Shown here: positions 55,378 through 64,000 of the stretch, one piece after another
How positions within the stretch are numbered: position 1 is the stretch's first letter
How the letters are laid out: the number at the start of each line of letters is the position of its first letter
Virus record (IMG/VR): IMGVR_UViG_3300017917_003016
Location: 96,001 to 160,000 of that record
Direction: 5' to 3' (one strand)
From: a virus
Taxonomy: Duplodnaviria > Caudoviricetes
DNA length: 64,000 nucleotides
Notes under the pieces: model-generated
The model's input: only the letters and a program-made list of their open reading frames with translations
Told to the model about the DNA's origin: nothing
Database searches by the model: none
Position numbers and translations under genes: made by a program

Positions 55378-56611
55378 CCATAGGGGAATACCCCACATAC
55401 CTAACAGTGTTTGGTTAGAGTTTATCAACAAACACGATCGTCAACTGATCAAAGATGCACTGGCTGACTATATTGTAGATAACCGTGTGCCCTTTCCTAG
55501 CGCAGAGATTGATTTAACTGATTTTGAAAATCTCTTTGTTAAATTTGCCAACACAACAATGTTGGACGAGTTCAAAACATTCGATCAAGTTCTAGAAAAA
55601 CATCCTTATCAATATCCATATGAGGACAAGCCTCTAGGAGTCATTGACAAAAGTCATGTTTACAATCCTGTGAGTAATTATTTCCAGCAGGAAAATCGCA
55701 TGCGTTGCGGTAGTAATCAAGTGGCCAGTCCCTGGGAATTTTGGCATGACCGAGAACTGTTGGCCAAAATGAATTGGCATTTTTGGCGCAAGGGCGCACT
55801 GGGGGACAGTGATGTCTGTGCACAGACTTTTCGATCGGCATTTCGTATCGGTACATACACAGCCACTCAGTTTAGACCTAGTGTGGCCAAAGCCATATAC
55901 GAACGTCACCGTGCTGAGTATGTGTTAGATACCAGTTGTGGTTGGGGCGATCGACTAGCAGGATTCTATGCTACACCTTGTACAAAGACCTATGTTGGTT
56001 GCGATCCAAATCCTGAGGTCTATACCACGTATCAACAGCAGTGCCTAGCATACGAACGCTTGTTAGGTCATACCGCCACACTAACCGTCTACGACGACCA
56101 CTTTGTGTGTCAAGGTAGTCGACGTGTAGAAATTTGGAATCTACCTAGTGAGGACGTCAACTGGCTGCAGTATCAAAATACATTTGATCTGTATTTTACT
56201 AGTCCTCCTTACTATTCTACAGAAAAGTATGCAGAGCATACTAGCAATAGCGCAGCACAAAGTTGGTGCCGCTATCCCTCATTTGAGTCATGGAAGCAGG
56301 ATTTCTTTTTTGCTATTAATCGCAAGATTTGGCAAACAATGAAAAGCCAGGCCTATTTTATGATCAACATTGTAGAACCTGTGAATGGCCGATATAAACT
56401 ATGCGATGACATGGTCAATGACATCCTGACCTATCCTGGTGCTAACTATGTTGGTAAGATTGGCATGCGGCTACAGGCCCGCCCGCATTCAATTGTACAA
56501 GCCAACAAAAATTCTGTGTTTGTAGAACCCATATGGGTGTTTCGCAAAGATACCTCTAACTACGATATAACTAAGGCATCAACATTTTGTAGTTTGTTTG
56601 AGTTTGCTTAA
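55334..56611 (+). CDS. amino-type (N4-C/N6-A) DNA methyltransferase-like protein
   Basis: DTSCGWGDRL (motif I) followed by FTSPPY (motif IV). Confidence 0.8.
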   Translation: MSAQTIIEFFRTNSDHRGIPHIPNSVWLEFINKHDRQLIKDALADYIVDNRVPFPSAEIDLTDFENLFVKFANTTMLDEFKTFDQVLEKHPYQYPYEDKPLGVIDKSHVYNPVSNYFQQENRMRCGSNQVASPWEFWHDRELLAKMNWHFWRKGALGDSDVCAQTFRSAFRIGTYTATQFRPSVAKAIYERHRAEYVLDTSCGWGDRLAGFYATPCTKTYVGCDPNPEVYTTYQQQCLAYERLLGHTATLTVYDDHFVCQGSRRVEIWNLPSEDVNWLQYQNTFDLYFTSPPYYSTEKYAEHTSNSAAQSWCRYPSFESWKQDFFFAINRKIWQTMKSQAYFMINIVEPVNGRYKLCDDMVNDILTYPGANYVGKIGMRLQARPHSIVQANKNSVFVEPIWVFRKDTSNYDITKASTFCSLFEFA

Positions 56612-56641
56612 ATACTTTATACTACTATATGGACGAATATT

Positions 56642-56773
56642 ATGAAAGTCAAAAACCTAATTAAAAAACTTTATAGTTCTATAATCAGCGGTCGTAAAAA
56701 TTTAGAAAAGAAAGTCTACGAAAAAATAACTCGTAAAAGTTTGAAGCACAAGCACACACAGGCTGTGAGATAA
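56642..56773 (+). CDS. small basic hypothetical protein (43 aa)
   Basis: Translated by hand: MKVKNLIKKLYSSIISGRKNLEKK... Confidence 0.45.
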   Translation: MKVKNLIKKLYSSIISGRKNLEKKVYEKITRKSLKHKHTQAVR

Positions 56774-56813
56774 AATTATGAATTATAAAATTGGTGAATA
56801 TTTACTGACTGCA

Positions 56814-56842
56814 TTGACATACATTGCCATTGCTGTTATAAT
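56814..56842 (+). promoter_or_regulatory. sigma70-type promoter of the tmRNA gene
   Basis: TTGACA-17-TATAAT. Confidence 0.88.
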
Positions 56843-56864
56843 TATTGAACTATTTTTGAAGTAA

Positions 56865-56936
56865 ATAAGAGTATTGCTGTATGAAGTTGATGGAAAGGTG
56901 TTCTGGACGCGGGTTCGACTCCCGCCGACTCCACCA
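56865..56936 (+). ncRNA. ssrA: two-piece tmRNA, acceptor piece (5' boundary approximate)
   Basis: GGAC-GCGGG-TTCGACT-CCCGC-CGACTCC-ACCA T-arm and acceptor strand. Confidence 0.9.
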
Positions 56937-56948
56937 AAAATGCACTGT

Positions 56949-57161
56949 ATGACTGAAGACCAAAGACGTTACGCCTATGAATTGTTTTACCTAGTAAAAG
57001 GCCATGTCAAGTATTTTGACGATGCTGACCTAGAGGCCATAGTCAAAGATTATACTCGGCGTCTGTGGTACAATGAAGAAGCACATTTGTACCGTGAAGG
57101 GTTTGAAGAAGCATATCGTGTGTTTTCGCTGGGGTCGTACAGGTTTCGACAGGGCAAATGA
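56949..57161 (+). CDS. 70-aa ORF within the tmRNA intervening segment
   Basis: Open frame MTEDQRRYAYELFYLVKGH...; protein-like composition; last 10 codons overlap the tmRNA coding piece. Confidence 0.55.
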   Translation: MTEDQRRYAYELFYLVKGHVKYFDDADLEAIVKDYTRRLWYNEEAHLYREGFEEAYRVFSLGSYRFRQGK

Positions 57162-57352
57162 GTACGGATATGGACAGCACGGTAGGCGAAGACCGTAAAT
57201 CTAGCAAAACTTATAGATGCCAACACATCTAAATTTGGTACTGCAAAAGTATCTATGGGCCGCGGCTTCCGCTTCGGTACTCGTAGTGCTGAGGCAGTAG
57301 CAGCCTAAACTCTGCAACCACGGGGTTGGTTAGCCTTGTTACCCAATTAACC
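57131..57352 (+). ncRNA. ssrA: two-piece tmRNA, coding piece; tag ANTSKFGTAKVSMGRGFRFGTRSAEAVAA (57219-57308)
   Basis: GGGGTCG pairs with CGACTCC including G3:U70; GTTTCGAC D-loop analogue; resume GCC after ATAGAT; tag ends in AA-stop. Confidence 0.9.
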
Positions 57353-57377
57353 AAAGCCCACTTCGGTGGGCTTTTTT
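57353..57377 (+). terminator. intrinsic terminator after the tmRNA
   Basis: aaagcccac-ttcg-gtgggctttttt. Confidence 0.92.
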
Positions 57378-57421
57378 ATCTTGATTATAGACAAAATAAA
57401 TATCTAAAAGGATGAGAAAGC

Positions 57422-57796
57422 ATGGGAATTATTATCAGACCCGGGGTTACTATTGGTGGTGGTGTCTCCATAACAGCAGCAGGTGGCGGCGGTAGCCCGC
57501 CCACAGGGGTATATGGATCCGCAGAAGGACTTGGTACGTTTTTTTATACCAGTTTTTCGGGCGGACTTGATGTAAGCTATACCACAGGAACTGCTGCGGA
57601 AACCGCACTGGCAGCATTGAAAACCGGTTCTACACTGATTTTACTTGCCGGAAACGGGTTCAACAATGTAGGAGTGACCGTGAACGCTCCCGGCACTGGC
57701 GGTGGAGGTCTGTATTCGTTTACCGTGACTTTCAATAACACCAGTGGTTTCAACTTTAGTGAAAACGGCAGCAGTATTAACATCCTGTCTTTTTAA
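57422..57796 (+). CDS. hypothetical Gly-rich beta protein, possibly virion-associated
   Basis: ORF track. Confidence 0.6.
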   Translation: MGIIIRPGVTIGGGVSITAAGGGGSPPTGVYGSAEGLGTFFYTSFSGGLDVSYTTGTAAETALAALKTGSTLILLAGNGFNNVGVTVNAPGTGGGGLYSFTVTFNNTSGFNFSENGSSINILSF

Positions 57797-57892
57797 AACA
57801 GGATGTTGAGTTGTCTTATTCAAATTATATTGTACAGGTCAACTGCCCCAAAAATATGTATACCTTATAAAAAGATAGTCTTGCTCTAATGG

Positions 57893-57921
57893 TTGACAAT
57901 CTAAACGATTGATGTTAGACT
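57893..57921 (+). promoter_or_regulatory. sigma70-type promoter
   Basis: TTGACA-17-TAGACT. Confidence 0.7.
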
Positions 57922-57931
57922 GCTTGTTATT

Positions 57932-58519
57932 ATGCAACCTCTAGAAAAGATCTATACCGATATGAACTATGCTGCTGAAATTCGCCAGTCTCTAGATTTC
58001 AATCGTTATGCTAAACTGATTCAAGCATTGGGCAATTCACTCAATGACCGCAAGAGCCGCTTTGACAAAAGCGACATCATCGAACAAAGCATTGAAACCT
58101 ATAGCAATGGTCGGTTCAAGTGGGTTGACGATATTGGTCGTGACCATGTTGACACTGAAACAGGCCATGATCTAGAGTTCAAATATGCGCAGAGCAGTCT
58201 TTACAATCACAAGGGCAAGCCCAAGGCCACAGTCAAGGTCAAGATTAAAAACAGCCTAGGTGAACACAAGGGTACTAATATTGACAATCCTGCAGACTAC
58301 TATGTGATTGGCCAGCAAGATGCTATGGCTGTGATTTCCTATGAACAGTTGAAACCTTACTTGGTTGCAGTGCCCGACGGCATCGAAGCACATATTCCTT
58401 TTGAACAACTGTCGGTGATTTTTGCACCCAGCGATGTCAAAAACTCCTCTGCCCAGTGCCAGGTAGATTATCTCAAATTCAAGCGCGAGGCACAGCGCCG
58501 CCTTATTGAGAGTGTATAA
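57932..58519 (+). CDS. hypothetical protein, possible PD-(D/E)XK nuclease
   Basis: GRDHVD...LEFKY resembles PD...(D/E)xK. Confidence 0.55.
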   Translation: MQPLEKIYTDMNYAAEIRQSLDFNRYAKLIQALGNSLNDRKSRFDKSDIIEQSIETYSNGRFKWVDDIGRDHVDTETGHDLEFKYAQSSLYNHKGKPKATVKVKIKNSLGEHKGTNIDNPADYYVIGQQDAMAVISYEQLKPYLVAVPDGIEAHIPFEQLSVIFAPSDVKNSSAQCQVDYLKFKREAQRRLIESV

Positions 58520-58520
58520 A

Positions 58521-59015
58521 ATGGATGATCAGCAACTAAATGAGATTCTGGTAATCGACAGAGAGACTCTAATGTCAGTGGTGCCAAAAATTAATAATCG
58601 CCCGTTGAATATTGGAGACTATGATAAAATTTGGCGTTTAAATTTTAGATGGCACGATGTAGTCCAGGGGTTGAACAACAGACTGTCAAACTGCAAAAAA
58701 CGTGCTAAAAATATGAATTTTGATGTTGACCTTGATCTGGGTTATCTTTCAAATCTTTGGTTAGATCAACAGGGTAGATGCGTAATTACAGACAAGATTA
58801 TGAGTTTCACTAGCGGTTCTTTGTATGATAAAAATCCCCTGGCCTGTTCCATTGATAGAATTGACAACGACCATGGATATATTCGAGGTAATGTGCGATT
58901 ATTGACGCATTGGGCCAACAATGCTAAAAGTACCTGGGATCATGACATCTTTGAATCAATGATTGCCAGTAGTGCACGTAAATTGCAACTTGTTGAGCAT
59001 AACCAAAAAGTTTGA
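58521..59015 (+). CDS. HNH-like endonuclease-related protein
   Basis: QQGRC.IT...SIDRIDNDHGY..GNVRL....N.AK. Confidence 0.6.
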   Translation: MDDQQLNEILVIDRETLMSVVPKINNRPLNIGDYDKIWRLNFRWHDVVQGLNNRLSNCKKRAKNMNFDVDLDLGYLSNLWLDQQGRCVITDKIMSFTSGSLYDKNPLACSIDRIDNDHGYIRGNVRLLTHWANNAKSTWDHDIFESMIASSARKLQLVEHNQKV

Positions 59016-59040
59016 CATAAATAATTCTGCTATGTATCAT
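59012..59040 (+). promoter_or_regulatory. sigma70-type promoter of groES-groEL
   Basis: TTGACA-17-TATCAT. Confidence 0.8.
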
Positions 59041-59078
59041 AGCAGTTTCGTGCCTAGATCAGGGCGGAACGAAAATTT

Positions 59079-59100
59079 TATTTGCTTACTAAAAGGAGTA
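59079..59100 (+). promoter_or_regulatory. ROSE-like RNA thermometer hairpin occluding the groES SD
   Basis: UAUUUGCUU-ACUAA-AAGGAGUA with bulged G; preceded by a second hairpin at 59046-59074. Confidence 0.65.
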
Positions 59101-59105
59101 AAACA

Positions 59106-61039
<1,934 letters not shown>

Positions 61040-61062
61040 TTAACTAACCAGTTAACTGCACT

Positions 61063-61093
61063 AAAAATAGCGGCCCTGGGCCGCTATTTTTTT
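61063..61093 (+). terminator. intrinsic terminator after groEL
   Basis: aaaaatagcggcc-ctg-ggccgctattttt; abuts tandem late promoters. Confidence 0.9.
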
Positions 61094-61138
61094 ATAAATA
61101 TAAATAAGATAAACAAGTCATTTGGGAGATATGGAACA

Positions 61139-61687
61139 GTGGCTAACTCATACTTCGTAGTCCATAATGGACTTACGGTAGGTCCTCTTAGCATCGATGC
61201 AACAACTGGTGACATTTCTACACCAGGCAATGTTAACTTATCCGGTAATATTGGTGTAAGTGCAATAAGATCAGGTGATTCAAGTGTTGCAGTCACAGAT
61301 CTTGGAACTAACAGTGTTATTAATTTTAACGTTGATGGTAATACTGCTGCCAATATTACCACCGCCGGTGCATGGTTTGCTGGTAATGTCTATGCTGCAT
61401 CTATAAACACCGTAGGAGGTGGCTCCGCTAATATTTCAGGAGTTAACGGTCTAAGTGCGGTCACTATAAGTGCCAGCGGGTTTATTAACTCTTCGGGCAA
61501 CATACTTGGTCGAGGGGGTATATTTAATGGATTAACGGTTAATGGTAACGAGTCTATTACTGGTTATTTAAATGTCACTGGTAATATTCTTGGCGCCACT
61601 GCAACATTTTCAGCATTGAACGTTGCTGGTGCAGCAGTGGCTTCAGTAGATGATGCCACAGCATTGGCAATTGCATTAGGCGGGTAA
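61139..61687 (+). CDS. virion structural protein
   Basis: After late promoter; Gly/Asn/Thr beta-repeats; C-terminal ATALAIALG. Confidence 0.7.
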   Translation: MANSYFVVHNGLTVGPLSIDATTGDISTPGNVNLSGNIGVSAIRSGDSSVAVTDLGTNSVINFNVDGNTAANITTAGAWFAGNVYAASINTVGGGSANISGVNGLSAVTISASGFINSSGNILGRGGIFNGLTVNGNESITGYLNVTGNILGATATFSALNVAGAAVASVDDATALAIALGG

Positions 61688-61700
61688 TTAGGAAAATATT

Positions 61701-62033
61701 ATGGCAAATACTTTTTATAGAAAAGTCAGCGCAAACGTAGGTACATCGGCAACCCCAGTAGGAGGATATACTGTTGGTGGTAGTACCACCACAATTGTAA
61801 TAGGACTGACAATTTCAAATACCACAGGAGCCACTGTGAATGCTAGTTTGTTTTTGAACAACGGCGCAAACAACTACTATATAGTTAAAAATGCTCCAAT
61901 TTCTTCAGGTGCAACATTAGTTCCGATTGGCGGCGAACAAAAAATGGTCTTGCAAACCAACGACAACGTAAAGGTTGTAAGCGACTCGGCCAGTTCACTT
62001 GATGTGGTCATGAATATCATGGAGATAACATAA
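61701..62033 (+). CDS. virion structural protein
   Basis: Small beta-sandwich type; late operon. Confidence 0.7.
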   Translation: MANTFYRKVSANVGTSATPVGGYTVGGSTTTIVIGLTISNTTGATVNASLFLNNGANNYYIVKNAPISSGATLVPIGGEQKMVLQTNDNVKVVSDSASSLDVVMNIMEIT

Positions 62034-62034
62034 G

Positions 62035-63510
62035 ATGGCTTATGTTGGATTACGGCCGGTTACACAAACTCTAAGCACTGCCACACAATACTTTAATGGT
62101 AACGGTAGTACCTTAGAATTTACTCTACAGCAGGGAATTGGCAAAGCCTCAGACATAATTGTGGTAGTGGGCAACACCCTGCAGGTTCCCGGCACTGATT
62201 ATACAGCATCCGGAACGGCACTGATTTTTAATTCAGGTAAAGCACCAACTGCTGGCACAAATAACGTTGCTGTAACATTTATCAGCGGACAGTTGCAGAC
62301 ATTATATGTAACTGCCAATGCCTATCCAACAGGTAACACAGTATCACCGTCTATATACAGTGTAAGCAGTCCGGCTACTGGTATATACTGGCCAAGTGCT
62401 ATTTCTTTGGCATTGACTGCATCCGGTAACACGCGAGTTATTGTAAGTGATGCTGCTTCGGGGGTAGCAACCAGTACTGGAACAGGCGCCCTACGTGTCA
62501 GTGGTGGTGCTGGTGTTACAGGTGCGCTATATGCGAACTCTTTGGTTATTGTAGGGGGTGCTCCCAGTACCAGTACAGCCTCCGGTGCTGTACAGGTCAC
62601 CGGAGGCGTTGGTGTAACAGGAGCATTTTACCTAGGTGGGTCAATGACTATCTCCGGAGGACTAACTGTTGCTGGAGCATTCAATACCACCGCAACCAAT
62701 AGTTTAACCATAAACACCCCCTTTATCTTCGTAGCCAATACCAACGTTGGTGATGCAATTGACCAGGGATTAGTTGGGACCTACAATGATGGCGTACAGA
62801 GATATACTGGTGTCGTGCGTACACAGTCAGATGGTCGATGGAAGATTTTTGCTAATCTTACTAACCCGCCAACCACTCTGGTAGACACTGCCAATGTAAG
62901 TTATCGCTATGCTGACCTATGGGTAGGCAATGCTAATATAACCGCAACCACAGAGTCAACCACATCGTTAACTGGTGCATTGACTGTCAACGGCGGTCTT
63001 GGCGTTCGTAGCAGTATGTATGTAAACAGTAACAATAATGGTATAGCAATTGGTAACGGCGGAACCAGCGGGGTTGGCAACATCGGTGCGTCTGGCTCAG
63101 CATTTGGCACGGTCTTTGCCGTATCAACTTCGGCGCAATATGCTGACCTTGCAGAAAAATATCGTGCAGACGCAGATTACGAACCGGGAACAGTTCTAAT
63201 GTTTGGTGGCACTGCAGAAGTAACTCTGGCAGAAAACGAAACAGCAAGAGTAGCCGGAATAGTGTCTACTAAACCTGCATATTCAATGAATGATCAATTG
63301 ACCGGAGGACACATTGTAGAATTAGCATTGCAAGGGCGTGTCCCCTGCAAGATTTTAGGTACAGTTCGCAAGGGCGACATGATGACTGCGGCCGATAATG
63401 GACGAGCGCATGCTAATCCTAATCCAGTTATGGGCAGCGTAATTGGCAAGGCTCTGGAAGATCACGATGGACCCGAGGGCATAATTGAAGTTGTAGTTGG
63501 AAGATTATAG
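62035..63510 (+). CDS. tail-fibre-like virion protein
   Basis: STGTGAL.V.GG.G repeats; C-terminal YADLAEKY...GRVPCK module. Confidence 0.75.
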   Translation: MAYVGLRPVTQTLSTATQYFNGNGSTLEFTLQQGIGKASDIIVVVGNTLQVPGTDYTASGTALIFNSGKAPTAGTNNVAVTFISGQLQTLYVTANAYPTGNTVSPSIYSVSSPATGIYWPSAISLALTASGNTRVIVSDAASGVATSTGTGALRVSGGAGVTGALYANSLVIVGGAPSTSTASGAVQVTGGVGVTGAFYLGGSMTISGGLTVAGAFNTTATNSLTINTPFIFVANTNVGDAIDQGLVGTYNDGVQRYTGVVRTQSDGRWKIFANLTNPPTTLVDTANVSYRYADLWVGNANITATTESTTSLTGALTVNGGLGVRSSMYVNSNNNGIAIGNGGTSGVGNIGASGSAFGTVFAVSTSAQYADLAEKYRADADYEPGTVLMFGGTAEVTLAENETARVAGIVSTKPAYSMNDQLTGGHIVELALQGRVPCKILGTVRKGDMMTAADNGRAHANPNPVMGSVIGKALEDHDGPEGIIEVVVGRL

Positions 63511-63518
63511 GAGTTCAT

Positions 63519-63923
63519 ATGGCATACTTAGGTCAACCCCCGCAGGTAGGAAACTTTGTAAAATTAGATGATATCAGTACCCAGTTTAATGGTGTCCTTT
63601 CTACTTTCAATACCACAGTCAGTGGGACAGCATATACGGTAAGTAATCCATATGCAACTATTTGCGTTTTGGGAGGATTAGTAAAAAATCCTGGAATTGA
63701 CTATAACTTTAATGGAACAACTGTGGTTTTTTCGCAGGCACCTAGTGCTAGTTTTTTAGGTAATAGTTGGATTATGGTATTTGGAGATGTGCTGACTACA
63801 GGAACTCCCAGTGATGGTACTATTACCAACAGTAAACTAGCACAGGGAACAGTACAATACGACAGACTAGCAGCAACTACCAAGGCAACATTGCTAGCAA
63901 ATTCTTTACTATTTGGGGCATAA
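63519..63923 (+). CDS. virion structural protein
   Basis: MAYLG..P; FNG....F; ALLFG-type terminus resembling 61139. Confidence 0.7.
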   Translation: MAYLGQPPQVGNFVKLDDISTQFNGVLSTFNTTVSGTAYTVSNPYATICVLGGLVKNPGIDYNFNGTTVVFSQAPSASFLGNSWIMVFGDVLTTGTPSDGTITNSKLAQGTVQYDRLAATTKATLLANSLLFGA

Positions 63924-63926
63924 AAG

Positions 63927-64000
63927 ATGGCAAGACAACAACTTAAAAATTATGTTTTTACTCCGGGCGGTGCAGGTGTTGGCACAGTTAAAGTACCGGG
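63927..64000 (+). CDS. partial structural gene running off the window end
   Basis: MARQQLKNYVFTPGGAGVGTVKVP... Confidence 0.55.
   Translation, partial: MARQQLKNYVFTPGGAGVGTVKVP

Noticed and set aside
56874-56948. ORF-track N-terminal extension of the tmRNA-spacer ORF
   Set aside because: It overlaps the tmRNA acceptor piece; the ATG after the CCA is the more plausible start.

Overview
This 64 kb window comes from a large lytic T4-like (jumbo-type) bacteriophage. It has TATAAATA late-promoter motifs, perfect TTGACA-N17-TATAAT early promoters, virion and tail genes, and no integrase or CRISPR. The host is probably proteobacterial, most likely a betaproteobacterium; this is inferred from the character of IscU/IscA, DnaK, GroEL, ClpS, PqqA and the two-piece tmRNA. 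The window is packed with host-derived genes: iscU/iscA, nrdA-sod-nrdB-grx, rpsU (bS21), dnaK-hsp20-clpS, clpP, groES-groEL, tilS, speD, uvsE, a fatty-acid desaturase and a PBP7-like peptidase. It carries 27 CCA-encoding tRNAs and a circularly permuted tmRNA. Features worth most attention: (1) a curli-type secretion operon (csgF, csgG, two curlin-repeat proteins, a FecR protein) linked by sequence to a CHASE2 adenylate cyclase; (2) a 23-aa PqqA precursor missed by the ORF track; (3) a leader-peptide transcription attenuator in front of about 1 kb of structured non-coding RNA modules and the tRNA array; (4) ROSE-like RNA-thermometer hairpins over the Shine-Dalgarno sequences of dnaK, hsp20 and groES; (5) a 70-aa ORF inside the tmRNA intervening segment, plus a 29-aa proteolysis tag; (6) a tRNA-Ser with the near-forbidden anticodon ACT. 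All protein calls come from motif recognition by eye and all RNA folds from manual base-pairing; no database search or folding program was run.
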